Assembly: GCA_026392045.1 (NCBI GenBank)
Contig: JAPLCU010000012.1
Span: 41,142 to 105,141 of the forward strand
Length of the DNA: 64,000 bases
Source: Armatimonadota bacterium
Lineage (GTDB): Bacteria; Armatimonadota; UBA5829
Direction: 5' to 3'
Position 1 is the first letter of the stretch. Each line of letters starts with the position of its first letter. Made by a program: the position numbers and the translations under genes. The notes under the pieces were generated by a model. The model did no database searches. It was given only the letters and a program-made list of their open reading frames with translations, and was not told the origin of the DNA. Positions 37,304-46,920 of this stretch are shown piece after piece.

Positions 37304-38203
37304 ATGCGAAATCTGAAGTTTGTGCTTTTGGTTATGGCAGCTATTTTGCTGCTCTCGGGAGTGGCTTTCTCGGCTACCACGACGCTTAGTCCAGTGCCGC
37401 CGCCGCAAATGGTTCCCTATGTGTTAGAGGGAGTGATCTCGGCAATTGTTCCAGAAACCGGCGCAATAACGCTGGTTTTTCCGAATATGCCGCAGAGGCT
37501 GCCGGAAGGGTTCTTTGTGAACAACCTTACCAGGATACTCAAGAATGGCCAAATTGCCCCATTCAGCGCTCTGGCAATCGGTGACTGGTGTCGAGCAGAA
37601 ATCAAACCGACGACTCAAAATGTGCCTCTGGCTGTAAATGTGCAAGCTAAAACGCCGCCAGTTGCTCCGCCTCCCGGAGCTATGGTGCTTGAAGGCATTA
37701 TAACTCAAATCAACGCAGACGGGCATTCGATTACACTCAGTCCTCCCCCTGGGGCGCCTGCAAGACCGCCTGTGACATTCTTAGTGAATGACGCGACTAA
37801 GATTATGAAGAATGGTCAGCCTGCTCAGTTCAGCGCGCTGGCGGTTGGCGATAAATGCCGGGCTGAAGTTGTACAGCGTGAGGGTGTTTGGGTTGCGCTA
37901 AATGTGCAGGCAGGTTCAGCCGCGCCTCCGCCTCCGCCATTGACATGGGCACGCGGTAAGATCACTGTTATTGCCCCTGCAGCCTTAACGTTCACCCTCT
38001 TGGTCACAAACGCAGAGAATCCGAACGGCGTGGCTAGACTGTTCTTTGAAGATAGAGAAACTAAGATCCGCAGGAATGGCATTGCTGTCGGCTTTGGCGA
38101 CCTCAAAGTGGGGGATTTTGCAGAGGTAGGATTCGTGTTGCCGCCGACAGCGACAACAAACCGCCTCCGCGCGGCCGTAATCGAGGCCAAATCCGCGCTA
38201 TAG
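37304..38203 (+). CDS. Secreted protein with three tandem DUF5666-like repeats
   Basis: ATG at 37304 after AAGGAG, then a signal peptide. A roughly 65-aa unit repeats three times (TRILKNGQIAPFSALAIGDWCRAEI / TKIMKNGQPAQFSALAVGDKCRAEV / TKIRRNGIAVGFGDLKVGDFAEV), separated by Pro-rich linkers. Confidence 0.55.
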   Translation: MRNLKFVLLVMAAILLLSGVAFSATTTLSPVPPPQMVPYVLEGVISAIVPETGAITLVFPNMPQRLPEGFFVNNLTRILKNGQIAPFSALAIGDWCRAEIKPTTQNVPLAVNVQAKTPPVAPPPGAMVLEGIITQINADGHSITLSPPPGAPARPPVTFLVNDATKIMKNGQPAQFSALAVGDKCRAEVVQREGVWVALNVQAGSAAPPPPPLTWARGKITVIAPAALTFTLLVTNAENPNGVARLFFEDRETKIRRNGIAVGFGDLKVGDFAEVGFVLPPTATTNRLRAAVIEAKSAL

Positions 38204-38228
38204 TTCGGTTTCATAGGTTCATATTCAA

Positions 38229-38272
38229 CAGCCGCCCTATGCTTGAAAAAGAATGGGGCGGCTGTTTTTTAT
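38229..38272 (+). terminator. Rho-independent terminator
   Basis: CAGCCGCCC ... GGGCGGCTG hairpin followed by TTTTTTATT. Confidence 0.75.
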
Positions 38273-38341
38273 TATTCGCAATTTGCGTTTGAGTAGTTCC
38301 TGCAACTGGTAACACTCCTCCATAGGTCAGGAGAGTGAATT

Positions 38342-38719
38342 ATGCTGGAACCAGGCAAAGAAGAGATATTTACAGCATTTGTTGAAGACTTCGAGGGAGC
38401 CGATATCTCATTGCTATGCTTGTGCGGAGAACTCGATGCCTCGTCTGTAGCTGGATTTCTTTTGGAGCTGCAGCATGTCATCGAGCGCAAAAATGACTTG
38501 GTCATGGACGTTCATCTGCTTGAATACGTGGACAGCGCCGGGATTGCCGCGATGTTGTCTGCGAGGAACGCATTGGCAGATTTTGGCAAGAGAATTTATT
38601 TGGTTGGCTGCCACGGCCTTCTCTCGAAGATTATCCACATAACCCAGACTGAGGGCGAGCTTCTATGTTTTGAAGATCTGGAATCTGTAGTCGATCTACT
38701 GAAATCTCAAAAGGCCTAG
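38342..38719 (+). CDS. STAS-domain anti-sigma-factor antagonist (SpoIIAA/RsbV-like)
   Basis: 125 aa. The SpoIIAA-like core ...VDSAGIAAM... keeps the Ser after Asp, which is the phospho-site position. Confidence 0.7.
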   Translation: MLEPGKEEIFTAFVEDFEGADISLLCLCGELDASSVAGFLLELQHVIERKNDLVMDVHLLEYVDSAGIAAMLSARNALADFGKRIYLVGCHGLLSKIIHITQTEGELLCFEDLESVVDLLKSQKA

Positions 38720-39126
38720 CCTTTCAGCTCTGGGAACCAAAGGTCGATTTCCATATTTGCTGTGTCAAGAGAATCTGAGCCGTGAATCAGATTTTCTTGC
38801 AATGAAATAGTGAGATCTCCTCGTATTGTGCCCGGCGCGGCTTGCTCGGGACTGGTGGCGCCCATTGTATTGCGCATCAGCTTTATTGCGTTCTCGCCCT
38901 CGACCACCATAGCCACTACAGGACCGGACATAACAAACTGAACAAGCGGATCGAAGAATTCCTTGCCTTTGTGAACCACATAATGCTGCTCGGCCAGCTC
39001 TTTGGAAGGAGTGAGCATTTTCATCGCAACAATACTGAAATTGCGCCTCTCGATCCTGGTTATAATTTCGCCGATGAGTTTTCTTCTGAGGGCATCGGGC
39101 TTGATGATGACAAACGTTCTCTCCAT
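38716..39126 (-). CDS. ndk: Nucleoside diphosphate kinase
   Basis: NIIHGSD-type motif (NLIHGSD) with the active-site His, 136 aa. Its stop overlaps the STAS stop by 4 bp, and the genes are convergent. Confidence 0.9.
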   Translation of the reverse strand: MERTFVIIKPDALRRKLIGEIITRIERRNFSIVAMKMLTPSKELAEQHYVVHKGKEFFDPLVQFVMSGPVVAMVVEGENAIKLMRNTMGATSPEQAAPGTIRGDLTISLQENLIHGSDSLDTANMEIDLWFPELKG

Positions 39127-39422
39127 TTTGACTCCTCCTAGCCATGACTATACCAGACTGTAACCCAATTCGGCAAGTTGTGCTTGATCAGGCGGCCTTA
39201 TCCTGGTATACTGCGATGGTAATAATTGCCTGAGAGGTCATAGCAAATGAGTTTTGATATATTGCCGGAGTTGGCAACGCGGGACAAGTCCAGACCCTAT
39301 TTCGAGCGCTGTTCATTTCCAAGCTAACGCAATATGATTTGAGGCCGTCGGGGTAAAACCTCGACGGCCATTGACTATCGTTGATATGGATTCCCGCATT
39401 CACGGGAATAATAGAGGGCGGC

Positions 39423-39947
39423 TTACGCCGCTTTTTTGCTGTCCTCAACCTTAATTTTGGAAAGCAAGTCGTTTTCTTTGGCGCTGAGCACTTTTTCAAC
39501 GTCCAGGAGAATCACCAGGCGGCCATCCTGCTTGCCGACACCTCTCACGTAGGCTGAATCAACGTTCACTACAATCGGTGACGGAGGCTCTATTGCATCC
39601 TGCGGGAGCTTTAGCGTTTCGCAGACGGCGTCGACCATCATTCCTATCATCTGATCGGCAGCTTCCACGACAACTATGCGGGAAGCTTTAGTTATTTCGC
39701 CAACGGGCAAACCGAAGCGCTTCCTGAGATCGATGACCGGGATGATGCTGCCGCGCAGGTTGATGACACCCTCCACGAAATTCGGGGTTCGAGGGATGGA
39801 GGTCACTTCCTGCATTCGTATAATCGTGCTGACTGCGCCGATGCTTACGCCGTAGCGTTCGCCGGATATCTCCATCACAACCAACTGCTCGGCGCTGTCA
39901 TCAAGAGCTATTTCTCGGATATCTGTTTCCATTTGCACAATCTCCAT
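39423..39947 (-). CDS. cheW: Chemotaxis coupling protein CheW
   Basis: Single CheW-like domain (...GVINLRGSIIPVIDLRKRFGL...). Confidence 0.85.
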   Translation of the reverse strand: MEIVQMETDIREIALDDSAEQLVVMEISGERYGVSIGAVSTIIRMQEVTSIPRTPNFVEGVINLRGSIIPVIDLRKRFGLPVGEITKASRIVVVEAADQMIGMMVDAVCETLKLPQDAIEPPSPIVVNVDSAYVRGVGKQDGRLVILLDVEKVLSAKENDLLSKIKVEDSKKAA

Positions 39948-39962
39948 TTATCTTCTGAACAG

Positions 39963-39990
39963 CGGGCTGGATTGCAAATCCAGCCCGAAC
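39963..39990 (+). repeat. REP-like palindromic element, family A
   Basis: Identical CGGGCTGGATTGCAAATCCAGCCCGAAC between cheW and the MCP gene. Confidence 0.8.
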
Positions 39991-40121
39991 TTAGGTTTTC
40001 AGCCCAAACATAGGTGGGAACTTTTGTCACCCTGAACTCGATTCAGGGTCTGCGTTTAGATGCTGAATCAAGTTCAGCATGACACGATTCCATGACGTGA
40101 TGCCCACCACTGTTGTTTACT

Positions 40122-42455
40122 TTAAGCAGCTTTCTTGCGCTTGCGAGAGGTGACTTCAGCGGTCACGTCTTGCAGTGAGTTGTCGCTCACCTTGAACTGA
40201 CCGACCAACTCTTGCAGGCTCTGAGCCATAACGGCGAGCTCGCTGCTTGCCGCGCTCATCTCTTCGACAGATGCCGTCTGCTCCTCGGCTGTCGCTGAAA
40301 CTTCCTGAGCGGAAGCGGCGTTCTCCTGGCTGACAGCTGCGACCTGCTCTATCTGGGTCGAAACTTCACTGCTCGATGAGGCCATCTCTTCAGTTGCCGC
40401 GGCGCTTTCTTCAGTGATCGCGGAAACGTTTTCGATTGCCCTGATGACTTCGGTCGATGAACTGGTCATCTGCTCGGCGGCGGAGGAAACATCCTTGACC
40501 TGGCTTACAACGCTTGCGACGGCGTCCTGAATCCTGGTCAAAGCCTGACCCGCCTGGTTGCCCAAATCTGTGCCATCTGAAACTTCCTTGCTTCCAAGTT
40601 CCATTGCCTCTACGGCCTGATCGGTCATCTTTCGGATTCCGCCAATCAGATCTGCGATCTCGCCAGTTGCCTTGGATGATCTTTCGGCAAGTTTTCGCAC
40701 TTCATCGGCGACAACTGCGAATCCCTTGCCGTGTTCGCCTGCTCTTGCGGCCTCGATTGCGGCGTTGAGAGCGAGGAGGTTGGTCTGCTCGGCAATATCA
40801 TCAATTGTTTCGACTATCGCGCCTATCTGCTGTGAGCTCTCGCCCAGCTGCTTGACCATATCGGCGACCTTGTCGGTAGCTACTTTGATGCGATCCATGC
40901 TGCTCACGGCTTCGCTGACCTGCTGTCCGCCGGCGGTAGCAACTTCGCTCACCTGCTGGCTTGTCACTGCTGCCTCGTCAGCGCTCTTTGCCACCTGCTC
41001 AATAGCTGAAGCTATCTGCTGGACCAGGCTTACGGTCTCATCGACCATCTTAGCCTGACTCTGAGCGCCCTGGGCAACTTCTTGAATCGCCCTGCCTAGC
41101 TGATCAATACCCATTGCGCTGGACTGGACGACTCGGCTCTGCTCGCCTGAACCAGAAGCGACCTGCTCGATGGTCTCGGCGATCTGCTGAGCGCCCTTAC
41201 CGACTTCATCGGCGCTTGCAGATATTGCCTGGGCAGACGCAGCCACGCGGCCCGCTGATTCAGTGACCTCCCGCATTGCCATTTCAAGGTGATCCATAGC
41301 GGTGTTAAGGCTGTCCTTGATCTTTGCCAGATCGCCGTTGTAATCTCCGTTCATTCTCGCGGTGAGATCGTTAGCGGCAAGTCTTTCCAGAACATCGGCT
41401 GCTTCGTTGACAGGGGTTATGACGGCATCGAGCGTGTCATTTACACCTTGAACGATTTCTCTGTAGCCGCCTTCGAATTTCTCTGCATCGCCTCTAGTCT
41501 CAAGCTTGCCCTCAATTGCTGAATTGCTGAGCATACCGACCTCGGAAACTAGATTGCGCAGAGTTTCAACCACGTGGTTCATGCTATTCGCAAGAACATC
41601 TTTGTCTGACTTTGCCTCAATCTCTACGCTCAAGTCTCCGTCGGCGATTTTGTCTGCTGCATTGGCGTTGGCCTTTATGCCTTCGACCATCAAGCCCATA
41701 GATCTTGTAAGCTCGCCGATTTCATCCTTAGCCGAAGAATTGGCAAAAACATCAACATCGCCAAGCGCGAGCTTGTCGGCCAATCCCTTTAGCTGAGTCA
41801 TGGGCTTGGCAACACTTGTGGCGATGAAGAAACCAAATGCCCAAGCAATAATAACGCCGACTATCATGAAGACAATCATTGTTGTATTTGTTGATATATA
41901 ATCCTTGTCAAAATTCTGATCGAATTGCTGGGCGCCTTTCTCATTAATGTCGGCGATCTTCTGAATGAGCGCATCGGCTCTATTATAAGCATCTCGAGCG
42001 GTAGTAAAGGATATCATCCTGGCTTCTTCCAGCTTGCCTGATTCAGCAAAAGAAACAGATTGTTGGCTCAAACCCTTCCAAGTCTCGAAGGCCGGCACAA
42101 ATGCCTTCCACACTTTCGCTTCTTCTTTAGTTTTCGGAAGTGGTTCGTATTCTTTCCAATGTTTCTCCAGGCTAGCCCAGTTCGTTGATAATCGCTTGAT
42201 CTGATTCTGCTTGATCTTTTCGTCAATGTTTGGTATCAGCAGTGTGCGCTCAGCCATTTGAATCAGCCCCATGTTACCTTCTACTACCCTGGTTGCGTTA
42301 AGGCTGGGCAGGTTGGTTGCGGCTATCTGGTCCTCTGCTACCTTCGCAGCGTTCATGCCAGACAAACCTTTGAACCCAATTATTGCGGCAATCGCGGCAA
42401 CAATCATAACTGCGCCGATAAGCCTCGGCTTTAGCTTTATTGAATCTACATGCAT
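40122..42455 (-). CDS. Methyl-accepting chemotaxis protein with a periplasmic sensor region, multiple HAMP units and a C-terminal MCP signalling domain
   Basis: Two TM helices flank a roughly 170-aa periplasmic region. Repeated HAMP-like segments. Highly conserved signalling tip [33 protein letters not shown]. Confidence 0.9.
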   Translation of the reverse strand: MHVDSIKLKPRLIGAVMIVAAIAAIIGFKGLSGMNAAKVAEDQIAATNLPSLNATRVVEGNMGLIQMAERTLLIPNIDEKIKQNQIKRLSTNWASLEKHWKEYEPLPKTKEEAKVWKAFVPAFETWKGLSQQSVSFAESGKLEEARMISFTTARDAYNRADALIQKIADINEKGAQQFDQNFDKDYISTNTTMIVFMIVGVIIAWAFGFFIATSVAKPMTQLKGLADKLALGDVDVFANSSAKDEIGELTRSMGLMVEGIKANANAADKIADGDLSVEIEAKSDKDVLANSMNHVVETLRNLVSEVGMLSNSAIEGKLETRGDAEKFEGGYREIVQGVNDTLDAVITPVNEAADVLERLAANDLTARMNGDYNGDLAKIKDSLNTAMDHLEMAMREVTESAGRVAASAQAISASADEVGKGAQQIAETIEQVASGSGEQSRVVQSSAMGIDQLGRAIQEVAQGAQSQAKMVDETVSLVQQIASAIEQVAKSADEAAVTSQQVSEVATAGGQQVSEAVSSMDRIKVATDKVADMVKQLGESSQQIGAIVETIDDIAEQTNLLALNAAIEAARAGEHGKGFAVVADEVRKLAERSSKATGEIADLIGGIRKMTDQAVEAMELGSKEVSDGTDLGNQAGQALTRIQDAVASVVSQVKDVSSAAEQMTSSSTEVIRAIENVSAITEESAAATEEMASSSSEVSTQIEQVAAVSQENAASAQEVSATAEEQTASVEEMSAASSELAVMAQSLQELVGQFKVSDNSLQDVTAEVTSRKRKKAA

Positions 42456-42600
42456 TTGAAGGAAACCTCCTCCTACTTGAGTAATGTTTCTTCAGGAATA
42501 GCTATTTACAATTGCTATATACTGTTTTTCGGTAGTTGTGATCGTTTTCATCAGAGATAATAGAGTAATTTTTTGGCGCAATATTGAATATCTGGCAAAA

Positions 42601-42627
42601 CGGGCTGGATTGCAAATCCGCCCGAAC
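42601..42627 (+). repeat. REP-like palindromic element, family A (one-base deletion in the right arm)
   Basis: CGGGCTGGATTGCAAATCCGCCCGAAC between the MCP and MBL genes. Confidence 0.75.
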
Positions 42628-42645
42628 ACAGTTACCGTTTGGTAA

Positions 42646-43203
42646 TCAGTGGGGTTTTGATACTATCGGCGGCCCGTGGCCCGGGTAAACCACGCGCACA
42701 TCCAAGCTGGCGATGTAGCCCATAGCGGCGAGAAACTGGTCGGAGTAATTAAGGTCACGAGCGGCCAGGCTGGGGGGGTTGTCTCCCGAAAACAGAACAC
42801 CGTCGGCAGGGCAGTATAAGCAGATGGAATCAGAGCTGTGACCCGGCGCCCAGATCACCCTGAACTCTTTATCTCCACAGCGCAGCATGTCTCCATCGTG
42901 CATCACGCGGTCAACACCCGGAATATTGCGCGAGTATGCACAGACAATCGGCGAATAAAGCTCTTGTATCTTCTCCAGCATACCTGTGTGATCGTAATGG
43001 TCATGAGTGAGTATCACCTGGGCAATGCGCTTCTTGCCTATGCCGGTTGACGCGTCTCCAATTCTTGACATGATATCGGGGTCGCGGCCCACATCCACCA
43101 GTGTGTTGACATCATCTATGGTTTTCCAGTCGCCGGTCACCAGATATGCATTGCCCGTGTAGCAAGTGGTCGTGTTGCGATTTATGAGGTTCAGTATTTT
43201 CAT
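42646..43203 (-). CDS. MBL-fold metallo-hydrolase (glyoxalase II-like)
   Basis: THDHYDHTG (HxHxDH) motif with downstream His and Asp ligands. Confidence 0.75.
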   Translation of the reverse strand: MKILNLINRNTTTCYTGNAYLVTGDWKTIDDVNTLVDVGRDPDIMSRIGDASTGIGKKRIAQVILTHDHYDHTGMLEKIQELYSPIVCAYSRNIPGVDRVMHDGDMLRCGDKEFRVIWAPGHSSDSICLYCPADGVLFSGDNPPSLAARDLNYSDQFLAAMGYIASLDVRVVYPGHGPPIVSKPH

Positions 43204-43244
43204 GATCTCCTAAACCGGTTCTTTGTATGGTTCATGTGATGGTG

Positions 43245-43841
43245 TTAGATCCGCTGAAATACGGGTCCGATCCCAGATACTGGCCGAAACCATTCGCGCG
43301 CTTCATCTGGCAGCTTTTGTGTTTGCTCTACCCCAAGGTAGCCCCCCGGGCAAAGCACGTCATAAAACATCTTAAAGACATCGATTCTTTGTGCTGGGCT
43401 CAAGTGCAGCAGCACGTTCTTGCACAAAATCAGACCAAAATCTTTCCTGATAGGCTTGAGGGTAGTTAGGTCATGCGCTTCAAATGTGACTCGCCGCCGC
43501 ACTTCTTCGTCCAATATATACGTATCGGGTTTCTTACCCGGTGTAAAGTAAGTCTGCATTATATGTGCGGGGATTCGTCCCACCTCATCTGCCGCGTAGA
43601 CACCCTTGGCAATTACCTCATCAAACTGGGGATTGAGGTCGGTGGCATAGATGTGAACCTTCCGAAACATAAATTGGCCCATGTTCTCTTTCAAAAGAAT
43701 GGCCAGGGTGTAGGGTTCCGCGCCATTTGCGCAACCTGCGTCCCAGATGTCCAAATGTCTCTCTTCTTTGATAGCTGAGATAACGTGCTGGGTGATGATC
43801 TCCATTGTGGGCATGTCTCGAAAGAAATAGGTAAAGGCCAT
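43245..43841 (-). CDS. cheR: CheR-type chemotaxis protein methyltransferase, SAM-binding domain only
   Basis: TYFFRD, DIWDAGCANGAEPYTLA, ATDL and LILCKNVLLHL motifs of CheR. It lacks the N-terminal all-helical subdomain. Confidence 0.75.
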   Translation of the reverse strand: MAFTYFFRDMPTMEIITQHVISAIKEERHLDIWDAGCANGAEPYTLAILLKENMGQFMFRKVHIYATDLNPQFDEVIAKGVYAADEVGRIPAHIMQTYFTPGKKPDTYILDEEVRRRVTFEAHDLTTLKPIRKDFGLILCKNVLLHLSPAQRIDVFKMFYDVLCPGGYLGVEQTQKLPDEAREWFRPVSGIGPVFQRI

Positions 43842-44008
43842 CTGGTAATTCCTTCAGTAAGTGTTGCTGATTATATCTTCGGTTATAAGTCTGTATGTCT
43901 GGGTAAGTGTAATACACTGAATCATCCGATGCGGTCTTAGCCACTCGTTTGATTTACCGACATAAAATTGCTTCCGGATTAGATACACAACAAATCAAAA
44001 TCAACGAT

Positions 44009-44038
44009 TTGCCATTGGATGTGAGAACATGGTATAAT
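44009..44038 (+). promoter_or_regulatory. Sigma-70-type promoter (TTGCCA-N18-TATAAT) for the ORF at 44146
   Basis: Near-consensus -35 and perfect -10 hexamers in an AT-rich intergenic region. Confidence 0.55.
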
Positions 44039-44145
44039 ACTTTAGCTTGTTGATGTGCTTTGAGTGCGTTTCGACAGGCGCCAGGAGCCCGGAGGCGTAA
44101 ACGCAGACCGGAAATTTTTGAGCAAATCAACAGCGGAGGAATCAA

Positions 44146-44514
44146 TTGGCTGAAAAAGGTAAATTAAGTAAGACCGCGAGAGCCTCAACCCATTTTGGCA
44201 AGGGAGAGGCGAAAAACACGGTAATTGAGAACGATAGCTCGCGTGGTAAAGTGTTTGTAGAGGTAAAAAAGCTTCTCATTGATGCAAATATCGGCTTTCA
44301 GAACTTGAGCTCGAGTCACCCGATCATCGTCAACAAGGGCAGTTTTAACGAAGCCCTTACGGCGGTGAAAGGCGCCCTCGCTGAGGGTGACGCCGCTCGA
44401 TACACAGTTGAGAATGAAGAAGCCGGACAGGCTGTGCTTGTGGAGAACACCGCCAAGGAGCCAAGCAAAATGGTTATAAAAGAGAGCCCATTTGCCTGGT
44501 ATGCAGCCACCTAA
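44146..44514 (+). CDS. Hypothetical protein (122 aa), monocistronic
   Basis: Own promoter, GGAGG RBS and a downstream terminator. I recognise no family. Confidence 0.5.
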   Translation: MAEKGKLSKTARASTHFGKGEAKNTVIENDSSRGKVFVEVKKLLIDANIGFQNLSSSHPIIVNKGSFNEALTAVKGALAEGDAARYTVENEEAGQAVLVENTAKEPSKMVIKESPFAWYAAT

Positions 44515-44544
44515 TTAAGTAAAACAAGAAAACCTGGTGGTTTG

Positions 44545-44583
44545 ATGACCTGCTTTAATATTTGAAGCAGGTCATTTGTTTTG
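44545..44583 (+). terminator. Rho-independent terminator serving the + strand ORF; it overlaps the stop codon of the convergent PAS-PP2C gene
   Basis: GACCTGCTT-TAATATTTG-AAGCAGGTC hairpin followed by TTTGTTTTG. Confidence 0.7.
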
Positions 44584-46593
44584 AAGAGCGGGATTCCACT
44601 TAAGTACTAGAATAGCTGCATCGTCCTGAAGACTGCCGCCAGCATGAGCTCTGGCCGCTTCGAGCAATCCCGCGGCGACCTCTTCCGGATGATCTGCCCG
44701 GCATGTGGAAAGAAAATCGTATACACCCTCCTTGCCGAAGAGACAACTGCCGACTCGGGCTTCAGTTATCCCATCAGTGAGGGCAATCAATGTGTCATTC
44801 GCCTCCAGCTTAAAAATGCTCTCTTTATATATGATGCCCTTGTTGATACCTAACGGATAATCAGCGGTATAGCTCAGTTCAGAGATTTTTGATTCGCCGC
44901 CCCAGACTATCGGCGGCTCATGCCCCGCATTCGCATAAGTTATGACCCCTGTATTTACATCCGCCACGGCAAAATAGGCCGTAAGCAGCTCAGAGCAATC
45001 ATCATTTTCTCGACAAAGAGCTTCATTCGTCAGAGACATTACTGCGGATGGACTGGGGTTGATATACGCATAGCTGCGAATTGCATACCTCACCGATGCC
45101 ACGCGTATTGCGGCGGCAAGGCCCTTTCCCGCTATATCACCAATAAGCAGCCCTACCCTGCCTTCACCCAGATCAATAACATCATAGAAATCTCCGCCTA
45201 CCTCGGCCTCGTTAAGCGCCGGCTGGTATTTGAGCGCGATTCGACAGTTGCCCAATTCGTATATATCCTGCGGCGGGATCAAGGCCTGCTGCAAAATTTC
45301 TGCTATTCGATGTTCACGTTCATAGAGCTTTTGCTTCGCCTGCTCCAGATCAATTCTTTCACTTATATCACGGAAGACATTCGTTGCGCCAATTACGCAG
45401 CCGTCGCGATCAAAAACAGGTGAGGCGCTGCAGCTAACTACGATTTGGCGGCCCCACGGGTTGCTTAGCCTGTAGCGCACATCTTGAACGGTCTCGCCTT
45501 TTAGCGCGCGGCGAGATGGGAGCTCTTCTCTCTTGACAGGCTTGCCCTCAAAGGTCAAGCGCTGGCAGCGCCTGATCCAGTCACTATACGTCTCGGTCGC
45601 AGGCATACCCAGCATATCTCTCATGGCATCGTTAACAAATACAGCTTCACCTTCTGCGTTGTATATCACAACACCGTCCGCTATGCTGGAAAGGAATGAT
45701 TCCATTTCAGCGGCCCGCTGTTCAGTCTGATCTATCAGCTCTTCTATGTGTTTGCGCGACCTGACCTGCTCGTTGACATCCACAGCCACAATCAGCACAT
45801 CTACCATACCTTCAGCGGTAATTATCGGGATTAGCGATATATGCCAGAAAGTCAGACCTCGCGCAGGGTTCTGACACTGGACATCCGGGTCCACATACGG
45901 CACGCCGGACGCGGCAACCGTCATGAGCAGTTCATCAAAGCCAGTCTCCGCAAATTGAGGACAATACTCATGAATCGACAAGCCGGCGCAATCTTTGTTG
46001 CGGTAGGGCTCAGAAACTAAGTTTTGGTATGCGAGGTTTGCGCACTTCATTCGATTTGTGCGGCCATCGACGAGAGCTATAGCCATGGGCACATGGTCGA
46101 TGATGATCTGCATAGAAGAGTTTTGCAGAGAATACGTGTGATAGGGTGTATGGGAATCGGTCTGAGTAATTGTCAGCCCGTGGATTCTGCCTGTTCGATT
46201 GATCAGAGGAGTTATAATCCAGCTGCAGCTTTTGGTGTTTCCACTTGTGGTTCGGCAAGCGCGGCCCGTGGCAAGCGCGTTTCTGAGAATGGAGTGTAAT
46301 TCGGAATCCGGGTAAACTTCCGGAAAAATACGGCCAATTAGCTGCTTGGCTCTGATGCCTGTTTCGTGCTCAAACGCCTCATTCACCCAGATGATGTGAA
46401 AGTCTTTGTTCAGATGGACCATGGAGCATGGTTTGGCGACGGGCGGTTTACCGGGCGTACCCAAGCGCTCGGCCCGCTCATTGAGCCGACATTTTTGGAT
46501 GCTTTCCTTGTTACATACGATCAGAACCGGCTTTGCGTCTGAATCTTTAGCCATAAATCTGTCACCATTCCCAGTATAGTCCCTCCGAGTCAT
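44572..46593 (-). CDS. PAS-domain sensor fused to a PP2C-type (SpoIIE/RsbU-like) serine phosphatase
   Basis: N-terminal PAS-like segments. C-terminal PP2C/SpoIIE domain (GGDFYDVIDLGEGRVGLLIGDIAGKGLAAA...). Confidence 0.8.
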   Translation of the reverse strand: MTRRDYTGNGDRFMAKDSDAKPVLIVCNKESIQKCRLNERAERLGTPGKPPVAKPCSMVHLNKDFHIIWVNEAFEHETGIRAKQLIGRIFPEVYPDSELHSILRNALATGRACRTTSGNTKSCSWIITPLINRTGRIHGLTITQTDSHTPYHTYSLQNSSMQIIIDHVPMAIALVDGRTNRMKCANLAYQNLVSEPYRNKDCAGLSIHEYCPQFAETGFDELLMTVAASGVPYVDPDVQCQNPARGLTFWHISLIPIITAEGMVDVLIVAVDVNEQVRSRKHIEELIDQTEQRAAEMESFLSSIADGVVIYNAEGEAVFVNDAMRDMLGMPATETYSDWIRRCQRLTFEGKPVKREELPSRRALKGETVQDVRYRLSNPWGRQIVVSCSASPVFDRDGCVIGATNVFRDISERIDLEQAKQKLYEREHRIAEILQQALIPPQDIYELGNCRIALKYQPALNEAEVGGDFYDVIDLGEGRVGLLIGDIAGKGLAAAIRVASVRYAIRSYAYINPSPSAVMSLTNEALCRENDDCSELLTAYFAVADVNTGVITYANAGHEPPIVWGGESKISELSYTADYPLGINKGIIYKESIFKLEANDTLIALTDGITEARVGSCLFGKEGVYDFLSTCRADHPEEVAAGLLEAARAHAGGSLQDDAAILVLKWNPALQNK

Positions 46594-46920
46594 TTTAACA
46601 GGATGCCCGAAGTTGTCCTCTTGGTATTGCTGGACAGAAGTAACATAGTGAATCGCACCAATGGTGAGCTTACACCATAATGCGTGTAGTATACCATTCG
46701 TATTTTATTATGTCAAGTATATGTTACACATACACCGCTGTCAGTATTTGTCAGTGACAGCGGTATATGCGTAATGGTATTGCACTGAATATATATAATA
46801 TACATGTGATGAAAGAGACACAAAATACCCAATTCTACTTTAATATTTATCGTTGGCATCGAGAGCGTGCGCCACCATCACATATTGACAACCTGGCCTA
46901 TCTAGGGTATCCTTAATAAA

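Noticed and set aside
38342-38719. Suspected loss of the phosphorylatable serine in the STAS protein
   Set aside because: Aligning DSAG with the SpoIIAA DSSG shows the Ser immediately after Asp (the Ser58 equivalent) is conserved. There is no evidence for a non-phosphorylatable antagonist.
39188-39499. 103-aa basic minus-strand ORF
   Set aside because: It overlaps the cheW 3' end and an intergenic hairpin. It has no RBS and an atypical composition.
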